From contig OZ025787.1 of NCBI GenBank assembly GCA_964019425.1, positions 682,001-746,000 on the forward strand: DNA of 64,000 nt. The letters run 5' to 3'. Below, one piece after another: positions 1 to 11,000 of this stretch. The notes under the pieces are model-generated. The model did no database searches. It was not told the origin of the DNA and worked only from the letters and a program-made list of their open reading frames with translations. Position 1 is the stretch's first letter; each line of letters opens with the position of its first letter. This DNA comes from Flectonema sp. DT1601 (Eukaryota). The position numbers were made by a program, and so were the translations under genes.

Positions 1-1132
1 CATCACAGGGTAGAATTGCAGCACATTACAGAGATAAGTTCAATAAAGAACTTGATTGCTTTGGATTGATTCTTTTCAAAAGGAAACCTCAGCACAAGCA
101 GCAACCTCTGTCGAGTTTGAATTACTTTTCCAAATCCTGGCCTCTTACCTTCTAGCCTGGGGAATGTAAGAGAAGAGTTAGAATTAACATTCATCGTTAG
201 TGATATCTTCTCAACACCTGCACCCCTCCAAACTGTTGTGTATTCATCATTTGTAATAAAAGATCCCAACATTGAATCCATTTTCCACTGCCAGTATTTC
301 TCATTGCCATCGGTTGTTTGCTTCGGTCTCTTTGTCTGTCTCTCTTCTTTCTAAGTTTTTCATAACCAATGCGTAGTATTCTTTATTCGGTGTAGCATAA
401 AGTGATTATTCCTCTTTCTTTATTAGACGTGAATAAACAGACTGCAGCATCTGTTGAAGAACTGCACACAGTGTGAAAGACTCCTGATGTTGATCCTACA
501 ACAGATTGGGATTCATCCTCATATCCACATGTAATAAACCTCACTTGATACGTCCCCCATCTGAGATGTTGGATACATTCTTGGCGTATGGAATCGAGTT
601 ATCAATTTCAAACAATCGTGAGACGAGCAATTACGTATGCTTGACAATAGCTACTTGATAGTTTTTCCATATCACTTGGAGGATGTCGCTGTAATAGAAA
701 ATACTCAGGTACTTGAATGAACATTGCACAACAATAAGCCACTGCTTTACAGTAGGCCTTGAGTGAGGCCGGGTAATTCCATAAATCAAAACATATACAG
801 CAGACTAAACGCTACATAAGTGTAAAAGAACGGTACTTGGTTGCTCCTCACAGGTTGTGACTCTGGGAAGCAACAATAATAGATTTCGTTTTTAAGCAAT
901 AATAGAATAGTAATCCTGACAACACCAAAACATATACTTCAAGACTTACCAGAATTGACCCCTTGCCCGCAGCTCGCATGAAAGTCGAGTGAAAAATAAT
1001 AAAAAACCATTCAGATTAGCCTTATATTTTGTTGAACGCAGACAAAATCCTGTCGCACGGGGAAAATAAATCATGACCATAAGAAATATCGGCTTTCAAT
1101 CTGAATAGTTTCTTCCCTGACTACGTCGGTAC

Positions 1133-1210
1133 AAAAAAAAAAAAAAAAAACATTTGCTGCTTATTAGTTGGGCACGCGTTTATTATCTTTTTTTAAAAAA
1201 AAAAAAAGAA
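1133..1210 (-). promoter_or_regulatory. Poly-T (minus-sense) tracts downstream of the stop; possible 3'-processing or trans-splice polypyrimidine signal
   Basis: A-runs on + at 1133-1150 and about 1195-1207. On the minus strand T18 is followed by GTACCGACGTAG. The function is inferred only. Confidence 0.3.
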
Positions 1211-1619
1211 AGATCGTTATAAATATGGTATACTATAATAGGAAACAAGTAAACAAAACGAAGGACGACGTTTTTAAATAGTATGAGTGGCTGGACAAAA
1301 AAATTCAAAACTATAATGTGTGTTTTGTAAAGCAAAATTGCCTGACAAAGGCATAAAGTGTAAATGTAGTCCAGCAAGCTCGGATAAATATAATTTTTTT
1401 AACGGTTTATTCGTACAAAACAGAAACAGAACAGTGCAAAAGCTCGATCATGGTCGCAGTGAAGAATTATTTCAAACAAAATAAAACACCTAACGAATAC
1501 ATAAAACAAACTGTGATCGGGTTTCAAAAGAACTCCACTGTAGACCACTGGGCTAAAACGCCGACAATTATCTTCGAGAGGGGTCCGAAAAGAATAAATT
1601 ATAATAGAATTGCACCCTA

Positions 1620-4600
1620 CTAATCCACAGGGACAGGGGAAAAGTTCGATTGTCGTCCCGACGCGCAACTTGGTGACAACGGTGGAGACCAATCGTGGAT
1701 TTCGGAAGTAGAAGGGATGCTAACTCGGGAAACAGAGGAGGGGTGGGCCCCTCGAGACCCACAACTTGGAGATATCGGTGGTGACCAATCATGAACACCA
1801 GTTGTCGGAGTGACACTACATTGGGGAGGTGTGGATGAGTTGTCGGATCGTAGAGTGTGTATTTGATCACGCAAAGCGAAGCATTCCGTTGAGGGTAAGA
1901 ATTGACCAAAGTGGGAAGTAATTGGTGAAAGTGGTGGAGAGTAAGGGGTGAGCGGATTAGACAGCAGGACACTGTTTTCCCCAAATTGAGAACTCACACA
2001 AACGAGAGGACTATTAACCTCAACCAACAATGGGTTCGGTTCTAATGTTTCACCATAGCAAACTGGCCACCACTCCCCCAGCTCGTCCTGGGTAAAATTG
2101 CGACGCTGCGTTGAGTGCGTCTTGTGAGCTTTGTCGCAAAGGGCCTGGAGAATAGCAAAACGATTTTTAGCGTGTTTGGCATCCCTACAGTACTCTGACC
2201 AGTAACCGTACAAAGCCGTAGAATCTAAGAGTCTATTAGTTAATCTTTTATTTCGATAATTTCGTTGATTGATATCAACAGCCAACCAATTCTGCCTTCG
2301 TCCCATGTCACGAATTTCTCTCCTGACATCTGTCCTACTTTGCAAACAGTCAGGTTTCTTCTCATTCCATTTTAATATTGCGTAGTCGCGTATTTCTTGA
2401 CAACTCATGTTGCCGTCACCGTCTTTGTCCACAACCGCATAGATTTCCTTCAGGACCTCTCTGACTATGTTTATCACAAATGTGAGCAACACGATGACAT
2501 TTATTGCTAATATAAAATATGTCAGCAGATCTTCCTCCATCTTACTTAAGTCAGCAAAGTAAAACAATCCTAAATTAAGAGTCGTCATAATACAAACAAG
2601 AGAGAGGCTCTCCAACTTCCAAAGAACAACAAACTTAAAAGGACGTAGAAGCACATTCAGAGATAAGAAGAACGCTATTGTCCACATGGCAGCCCACATC
2701 TGGTATTCAGCATTTCTAGCGAGGAAAACGACTATGAATACAATAAGCATTTTCCTTATCATAATAATCATCTCCCAGTACCACCTCTTTAATCTGTATC
2801 CAGAGTATAAAAACCCTAACGTTGACATAACTTCTTTCGTACAAAGGGCATCTAAATTCCGATACAACAATGCAAGTCCCGCCAATGGTAGTCCAAATCC
2901 GTACAGGAAGAAGAAGAAGAATGATAACGTGCGGTACGTCTTGTATTTCGACTCTTCACAATCAATACTTGGATCTTCCTCAAGAAAGCGATGGCAGCGT
3001 TCCAGATCAACACAAACAGCGTCTGTGCATGTCAGCATCATGGCTAATTCTTTCATCAGGGAGGGATATATCAAGAAAATTATAACTAAAACAGTTACGG
3101 TATACACATCCATCGAACGTAAACCAACCGTCCCGCCTTCTTCTGCAAGCGGTGATAGCTTCGCGCGGGGCTTAAGTCGGATGTGGTTTGCTGCTTCGCC
3201 ATGCGAGTGAATCCCCTTATCACAAGCCTCACAGTAAAACTTATCGTGGTGAGCACAGTACCAGACAGCAAAGTCTTTGTTACAAAGATCGCACATCTCA
3301 GTTACGATTAAGTGCTTGTCTTGGTTTATGAGACGTTTCATTCGCTTTTTATCAGCCTCAAGGCGGGTCTGTAAATCCTCTTCAGTTTCGTGACTCTGTC
3401 CGATGAATGATCCCATCCCGGACTGATATCGAAGAGAGTCGTCTCTTAGTGGAATTGGAGTCTGACTTGGCACAGATGATGGTACTTGTGATCTCGTCTC
3501 TTGACTCGTTGCTGTTTCTGACATAACTGTTAAGCGAAGTTGGATTTCACTGTCTGTGAATCCCATTTGTTTCCACTTCAAGTACTTATCAGCTATCCTT
3601 CTCATTCTTGAAGCGGCGTATAATTGTTCGTATGAAAGGGTTCGAGCGAGAGTCTCAATTCCGTAAGCTGCTGTTATCCCATCAGCTGATGGCAGCGCCA
3701 CCATCTTTGGTCTCGCTCTACCAAATTCACCTCTGACGTAGTTAGAAAAGAACTCCGCAAACATCCATCTGGGAATGTCATTTGAAGGTGACAGAATATC
3801 AGAAGACTGCCTACCTTGATAAGGAGTAATATGAACCAACTCTGGTGCACGCGTAGGTGACCTGGGGGGTGTCAACGGAGCTGTACTGGTATTCCAGATT
3901 TTTATAGTTCTGCTAACTGCATCTATCTTCTCAATTGTCCAGACTCCGTCAGTTTTTACAGCTTTCAAGTAATCACTTGTTCTCCCAGAAAAGGATTGCT
4001 GCATTGACATGGTGCTGTGTTCCGCCAGAGCCTTTTCCCGCTTTACTGAGATGCTCAGATTAAGTGACGGATCGTACACGTCGCCTGTTGAATCAAAAAA
4101 GACTTCCCAGACGATGCCATGATCAGAACGCTCTACAAAATCTGAATCTCGAAAGTCAAAATGTTCGTGGTGCTTGACGGGGTACGGCGGGTAAACCGCA
4201 CAAGCAAGACGAGTTAAGTAAGAACCTCTCCCATCCATCGTTTCACCATCGTGTTCCTCAAGGATATCTTCGATAACTTCATCTTCCTCCATGTTATCAA
4301 TTTCGTATGTGATGATGTCTTTCTGTTGAGTGGCAGCGGATTCCCCCCGCTTTTTTTCTTTGTCCCTACTCGCTGGTAAGAAGCAATCGTGGAGTAGGAC
4401 ATCCAAGTCTTCTCTTGTTGGAAGGATTCCCCTATCTGTGTACGGTAATTTTATTGCTGTGAGTAGTTTGAATCTGGCAATGCAAGCCTCCAGTAATTCG
4501 TCTCTGAATAGAGCAAGAATTCTGTTATTGTTCAGCTCATGCTCAGGATGGTCACAAGTGATCCACTGGTTCATAACTAATTCTTGCAACTGGTCTTGCA

Positions 4601-5072
4601 CTCCAACACAACCAACTCCGGGAGTTGGGAAGAGTTGTTCGAGTATACAGCAGTGTTCACATAACCAGCAGCCGTGCTTGCCCAGTGTAAAACGAGCCTC
4701 AAATCGAGGTTCTCCAAACTCATCTCTTGCTTCTATTCGATAAGGTGAGTACTCTGTTTTAACAGTTGAATCTGGTTCACTCAAATCGGCCAGCGTCTTG
4801 AAAACGTTGTCTTTTGGGCTGGCTAATTCCCTCATTTGGATTGCTATTGTTTTTTCTCCATGTGAAAGTGAACTGTGCTCGTACAGTACAGCCCTCAAAT
4901 CCTTTCTGTCTCGTTCATTAACACACCAATCGTACATCCAGTGATAAGGTGACTGACACTCACATGCTGCTTCTTCAAATTCTTCTTTCATATCAACTTT
5001 TATCGATGCCTGAGTCAGTAGCTTCTTTAGAGCGAGGATCACACCTGGTACTACTATCACACAAACTGGAGC
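1620..5072 (-). CDS. Exon E (terminal): TM3, ~640-aa loop with B-box, six further TM helices, EF-hand, Ser/Pro-rich tail
   Basis: The 1146-aa ORF extended by 4 codons to the acceptor. Motifs YPSL..C...DPSIDC, YGFGLP, GFLYSGY...YWE...RK, Q, PF, ESLSL resemble protist multi-pass 'GPCR-related'/TRP C-terminal-like (PF06011-like) proteins. Confidence 0.88.
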   Translation of the reverse strand, partial: APVCVIVVPGVILALKKLLTQASIKVDMKEEFEEAACECQSPYHWMYDWCVNERDRKDLRAVLYEHSSLSHGEKTIAIQMRELASPKDNVFKTLADLSEPDSTVKTEYSPYRIEARDEFGEPRFEARFTLGKHGCWLCEHCCILEQLFPTPGVGCVGVQDQLQELVMNQWITCDHPEHELNNNRILALFRDELLEACIARFKLLTAIKLPYTDRGILPTREDLDVLLHDCFLPASRDKEKKRGESAATQQKDIITYEIDNMEEDEVIEDILEEHDGETMDGRGSYLTRLACAVYPPYPVKHHEHFDFRDSDFVERSDHGIVWEVFFDSTGDVYDPSLNLSISVKREKALAEHSTMSMQQSFSGRTSDYLKAVKTDGVWTIEKIDAVSRTIKIWNTSTAPLTPPRSPTRAPELVHITPYQGRQSSDILSPSNDIPRWMFAEFFSNYVRGEFGRARPKMVALPSADGITAAYGIETLARTLSYEQLYAASRMRRIADKYLKWKQMGFTDSEIQLRLTVMSETATSQETRSQVPSSVPSQTPIPLRDDSLRYQSGMGSFIGQSHETEEDLQTRLEADKKRMKRLINQDKHLIVTEMCDLCNKDFAVWYCAHHDKFYCEACDKGIHSHGEAANHIRLKPRAKLSPLAEEGGTVGLRSMDVYTVTVLVIIFLIYPSLMKELAMMLTCTDAVCVDLERCHRFLEEDPSIDCEESKYKTYRTLSFFFFFLYGFGLPLAGLALLYRNLDALCTKEVMSTLGFLYSGYRLKRWYWEMIIMIRKMLIVFIVVFLARNAEYQMWAAMWTIAFFLSLNVLLRPFKFVVLWKLESLSLVCIMTTLNLGLFYFADLSKMEEDLLTYFILAINVIVLLTFVINIVREVLKEIYAVVDKDGDGNMSCQEIRDYAILKWNEKKPDCLQSRTDVRREIRDMGRRQNWLAVDINQRNYRNKRLTNRLLDSTALYGYWSEYCRDAKHAKNRFAILQALCDKAHKTHSTQRRNFTQDELGEWWPVCYGETLEPNPLLVEVNSPLVCVSSQFGENSVLLSNPLTPYSPPLSPITSHFGQFLPSTECFALRDQIHTLRSDNSSTPPQCSVTPTTGVHDWSPPISPSCGSRGAHPSSVSRVSIPSTSEIHDWSPPLSPSCASGRQSNFSPVPVD

Positions 5073-8000
5073 CTGTTGGAATTTATTTGAACATGCGTCA
5101 GCATAAATGAAAAAAGAAATCCCCTAATTCTTGCAAAAGGTAAGCGAGGAGGATAGGCAGCCTGGTAAAAATAGAACTCACATACCAGCATCCACGCATT
5201 GAACTTGTTGTAGTGATCCAGATTGTCGACTACACATTGAAGAGAAACAACTTTTGAAGTTGGCCCCGTTTTTATTTCCCCATCAAGGAATGATTGCATC
5301 GCTTCTCCCCAACGTACACTGAAGTCACCAGCGAGTGCACTAACATGAAGATGGTTCATAAACATTTTAATCATCACAGATGCGACAGGTGTTTCCTTCA
5401 CAGTCGAACCAAAATTAATATTCACCGCCACTAGAATGAGGACAATGATAATCAGTGCCAAGCATATGATTGCGATCATTATATAATTTGTCAAAACGGG
5501 ATAACATGCAACACATTCATCACCATTCTTTCCATAACCGTCTGGTGCAATGAGAGTACTTTCACGAGAACACAGAGAACAAAATGGTCCAGTGTGTCCT
5601 TCATTGCATTGTGTTTCAGATCTGATAGAGTCAGGGATGTTGATATCACCGAGTGGTGCAGCTTGACAACCAGCTTCACACTCGTGTGATTTGTATGTCA
5701 CTGGTTCCCTCCAATAACCTGCCTTGTTTACTAATATTGTCCCTCCATTACATTGTAACCCTGCTTCACACTCACCACACTGAGTCAAACAGAAGTAAGG
5801 ATCTGCAGAGGAGACGCCCACCAACGCCTGGCCACCTACAGGGTTTCTAGGCCCGAATAATACTTCGCCTAATAGGTGATTCCAGCAACCGTATTCAAAT
5901 GAATAAGCAAACTGGTTACAACCTGCTTCTATTGAAGTTGAAGTACAGCAATTCTTTGGAATGACTGTCGTGGACACAGAGGATGCCGCATTGATGGCTA
6001 ATTGAGACGACAAGTAGTCAGCACTTTGAGTATCTGCTGAGAACGATAACTTACACGACATTCCGTTCCAAACTTTAAATCTCCTTAACGTGAATCGAAT
6101 TAGAGTTGAGGAGCCACTCTCAAATGTGCTGTGTGACATAAAGCCAACCTCAGTCTGAGAGAGTACATAACTGCATGCCATATTTTCTAACTCCAATCTT
6201 CGATTTACGTCTTCCCAGTTTTCACCCCTCCTTGCGTAAAGAGCCGGCGATGTTTTCGGGTCACGTAGTTCTTTCACTTCTTTATCTAGCCTTACGTAGA
6301 ATGTCACACCTGACTCCGCCTCTACTTCACTTCCCTTGAGAACATTTCCAGCAAAGTCAAGAACCTGCACTATGTACTCAATAGTCTCAGAAAGATAATT
6401 TGTGACATCAGTTTTCGGCTCTGCCGCCCATCCCAAGTGGTGGGCTGATCCAACTGTCACATGAAACCTGTTTGTTAGTTTGTTTTGCTGAACTTGTAAA
6501 CTACTTCTCTCTTTGTTAAGTAGAAACATACTGTTGAATATGACGATATCCAAAAGCTGATCCAACTGCACACTTCCACGAATCGACGTATGGTAGCTGT
6601 TTATTGGCAAAGTTTAAAGTTGCGGAAAAAGTAATTCAACCGAAATAGTAAGAAGCAAACAAATAACATACTCCTCCGTAAAACGAATCGAGGCCAACGC
6701 AATTGTCGCGATTGGTGCAGGGACCAGCACATGACGGAAGCAAATCGAGAGAAGTTGAGATGTCGATTACTTGAATACCGTAGTCTCTAGCTCTAGGAGC
6801 ATGCAGGTAGAAAGTAATGTTGGCAGTACCATTGTGAATCATTGCTGAATCACCATCGGGGAATTCAACGCATTCGTTGGTAACATTCAGGCAGTTGTGA
6901 TGTTGTAGAATGAGAGGGCCATCCCAGTGGTTGCTGTCGGTAGTACTTCCTTCGATAAAAATCTTCACTCTTCTGTCTGTTTCAATATATCTGTTTAACA
7001 AATCATTTCCAACAACGTCTTTAATAGTAATTATAACAACAACAGGACCAACCCTCACATCAGATCTTAACGTTGAAGGAATTCGAGCAGTGCTGCCGGT
7101 AATTCCGAGCTGCGCAGCCTTCCCAACCTGACTTGGTCCTAAGACTGGTTCAACTTCACCAAGACCAGCGTTGCAGTTATTCGAGCTGAGGCAGTTTGAT
7201 GCCACAGCCACCGTAGTTGTTGCAGCGCTGCTCAGTACACCCTGGACACTGGCACTACCGGTGTTCTGCAAAACTTCAACCTGCCGTGCAGCTGCCCCCG
7301 TGCACGGTGACGAGTCCAGTCTTTTTCCACTATCACAGCAGCTTCTTCGATCCGCCAGATTATAACTTGGGAACAAGTTCTCGCACATATATTGACAAGT
7401 TGGTAAGATTGTACTAACAGAACAGGGGTCTCTGAGGACAGCGGGTACTTCACATGAAGTAGAACTACCGTTAACGTAAAAATTGTAACCGATACGGAGG
7501 CGTTCATCCGAGTACCCACTCAAAGCAAATGTCAGATAGTCGCCATAAATAATGAGATGCTTACCATAGGCAGTAGTCCCTTCGTTCTGTCCGAACGAAG
7601 GCGGATCGAATTCACAAATCTTACTACCAACACAGCCAGAAACACATCTGGAAGTCTCAATTGGGTTAGGCAGCGATAATGGAGCAATGTTGTAGTCGTA
7701 TCGATCAAGGGCAGTGCCGTAGAATTCGAATGTCACATCATACGACTCACCGAACTGCGCCCAAATGGACATCTGAGAACCCGTCGTACTGCTCTCTCCG
7801 TAGGTTGCAATACCAAAAGCGTTGAATTTAGGATCGTACCTTTGGCGTAATATCTTTGCCTGTGGTGACACATCTAACAGCCCTGGTGTATTCCACAAAC
7901 AGAAATTAACGCCGTCCTCTAATAGCGAACTGAACTGTTGACTGCTGCTACTTTGGACACCCCACATACCACTATCTCCCAAACGAGGGCATCCTGTCGC

Positions 8001-11000
8001 CAACTGCGCGCAATTTGCGACGTCTCTGATGCATCTTGGCCATGGGGATATAGACTTAATTCTAACGTATATGTCATGATTACTAGTAAAGTCACTCACA
8101 GGATTATCACTAATATCTAACATTATGAAAGAAGGCTGAGTCGTCAACGGTTCTTCCCTTGTCAGAGTTCGTGTAGGGATGCTTCCACGGAATCGAACCT
8201 TATTAGGAAGTCCCTCAATAATTTTAATGGTCACCTCAGCCGGCTTGATAGCAGAACCAACAGGAACGATTCGAAGGTTGTAGCGCCCAGCTGTTGGATA
8301 TTTCATTCTGATGATGGGATAGGTTCCAATATTGCTGTAGAATGTGAGGATTTGAGCCTGACGAGCAGTACTACCTCCGACTTCTAACAGGGGTGATATT
8401 CTCTCATTTTTAATGGAAGCGAGTTTAATGCTTGTTGAATTCAAGACGACTTCTACTCTGACTGTGGTACTGCTCGGGTTGATCTTTTCGAAACTGTTCT
8501 CATTTTGTAGTAGCGTTTCGTAGTCGGCTACCCACGCTCCTCTCCATCCGTAGACACCCGTACTTTCATCAACTAAAGCTACCCGAAGAGAAAAGTCTTT
8601 ATCTTCAGGATTTAATACTTCGAGCTTCCTGACAATGTCTGAGTGTTTCCATTCCTTCTCAACATCAGTCCAGAATTTCCCTCCTGCGAGTGTGACCCAC
8701 TCTGAGCTTCGCAATAGCGATCCCTCATTCAGAACTGACCTGGCAAGATGTAGTACAGAATAGTTAAAAACTTCATGTCGAGTCTGATCATGGAGGTAGT
8801 CATTAGAAGTTAGTCTCCTGATACCGAGAGCTTCTTTAGAATCTAATTCAACAAGTTGAGCTCTGTAGGTTTCTTCAGAAAGAGCTTTGGTGTAAGGTGA
8901 AAATTCTTTTCGATGAGGAGGTAGAAAAACTTCAGTATTCCACATGCGTATTTGAGTTGGGGGTCCGACGTAGCGGTGGTAGTAATCAATTTTAACAAGA
9001 GATTCGTTGAATGCCTGAACACCTTCTAGTTCTCGACAGTTCGCGTTATCTGAAGCATCTCCTCCAGAAGTGAAACATCTCAATGCTGGTGACACCAAAT
9101 TCATCTGAGGCCGACTGCGAACTTCTGCAGGAGGAAGATCGCATTCCAAAGTGCAACTGTCAATGAATGCCGCCTTCACCATTGAAACCAGGGATCGATC
9201 TTCACGGTTTTCCGTTGCCTTGCGAAACACGCAATAATATTGTCCAATAGGTTTATTAGTGTCGGAAACATTATAGAATTCCCATCCCTTTATTGTTAAA
9301 GGAACTGATGTTGTAGCAGGTTGTTCTTCAGGTTCAATCCAAGACAGTCTTCTAGAACCAACATAACTGTAACTACAGTCAGATATTGTCATTCGATGTT
9401 TTTTAGTCATTAATGAGATTGGTTCAGATCCTCGTGTTTGAACTGTAAATATCAGCCAGAAGAACATCTTCTGTAATGTATAAGGAGTGGTACTTCTATC
9501 AACCTTGTACTGCAAACCTCTACCACCTCCTCCTGAAGTGGAGGTGATAGTCAGGCGATCAAACTGATGAAGGATGAGGCTGCTGAGTACTGACGTTCCA
9601 AACTCTAACACCAGCTGATATTTTAAAAAGTGAATCTCACTATCAGTGTTTATTTCTGCTGTGACGTAGTACTGTTCATCATCATCTTCAATAGTGTTTC
9701 CTGCCCTGTCCATCAACTTGAATACTGGTTGTGTTCTGAGAGGGTTCCTGTTGTCACTGTAAGTCGAAGGTCTTGTTGCAAACTCCAGCGAAAATGGATC
9801 ACCTCCCGAAACATGAACGTGAATGGAGTCGACGAGTTGTTTAAATGAGAACGTCAGAGAGTAAACACCTTCCTTGGGAGTTTCAAAAGGGATAAATGAA
9901 TACGTGGCAGTACCGTTTTCAATAACAGCAGGTTCTATCGATCGCGGAGTGAAGCGGATGTTGCTGTCAATTCGCTCCCAAAGCCCAGTTACGTATGGTG
10001 ACGGGTCTGCTGGCCAAATATCACCCAAGACATTGTTGCGGATGTCTCGCAAGGTGAGATCGACACGGGGGAGGTGTTCACCAGAGCGGATTTTAACGAG
10101 TTTCCCACCATCACGACATTCTGTGCGTCTTTTGCCACAGATGACGAGAGCTTGCAATGACTTTGCAGGACCGACAGAGTTATAAGTTGTCACAGTACCA
10201 ACGATGTCGGAATATATCTGACCGTCCATTGTCAACTCAACTGTGGAAGTGAAAGGAACATCATGCGCCGGTTGTAAGCAGAGAGCCTTCATCGCTGTTA
10301 AGAACGTACCGTGAGATTCCACACCGTTAATACGACACCTCATAGTACTCGTTTTTAGAAAACCTGACCCTGACACTGTAATAACTACGTCAGAGAATGA
10401 TGGTCCATAACACCCTCCAGTTTCCCTCCGAACAATTATCGCCTCATTGTGATCACCCTTCTCGTAGAATGTTTCTGGTCCAGCTATAGACACCGTATCG
10501 GATATGGACTTCGACTTCCTGTCGAAGTGAGTGATGATGTGGTCCGTCGGATATTCCCCTTCCTCAACATGTGGGAATACCCAACTTCCAAATGTTGTTT
10601 TTGCTCCCAGATGAAGTATTGTTGGTGTTGATATGAAGCTCGCTTCGAGTCCTGATTCTGTCCAGCGGCCACGGTCATCAGCAGAAAGCTCTATTTTCAG
10701 TGATTGACAAGGGATGTATGTTACTGGTTCTCCTGTTGTACAGGCTACTGTTGTTAGAACTCCAGTTGATAGATATGTGCATGTAGTTGATTGTGTTTCC
10801 CCAATGATCATGATTGGCTTTGAGTTACTCTTATCAGGGAATCCGTAACCAGTAAGCTCCACTACTGTTCTTGCTTTCTGAGCATCCACAAATGTTGGTG
10901 TAACAGAAACAATATCGTACATATTCGCTACGAGTATTGCTACTCCATACTCTTCATTACTCACAGCAATGAATGCTGCTCTTCTGAACTGGTCAACTTC

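Noticed and set aside
3..281. 92-aa ORF as a standalone gene
   Set aside because: It is short, has no recognisable family, and lies at the window edge. It is kept only as a low-interest finding.
754..770. Small inverted repeat GGCCT-N6-AGGCC
   Set aside because: A 5-bp stem is expected by chance.
1183..1984. Small minus ORFs 1183-1377, 1399-1692 and 1568-1984
   Set aside because: They are AT-rich 3'-UTR-like sequence or alternative frames of the terminal exon.
3570..3625. IQ-like calmodulin-binding motif AASRMRRIADKY
   Set aside because: It lacks the IQxxxRG core.
5400..5800. Classical adhesion GPCR with a GAIN/GPS autoproteolysis site
   Set aside because: There is no CxCxHL(T/S) motif before TM1, and the region has about 9 rather than 7 hydrophobic segments.
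5057..6671. ORF breaks as frameshifts, pseudogenisation, stop readthrough, an alternative genetic code, or an operon of separate genes
   Set aside because: Each break is resolved exactly by a GTATG...AG intron that restores frame and completes a domain or TM helix. The GTG and TTG starts in the ORF track are not real starts.
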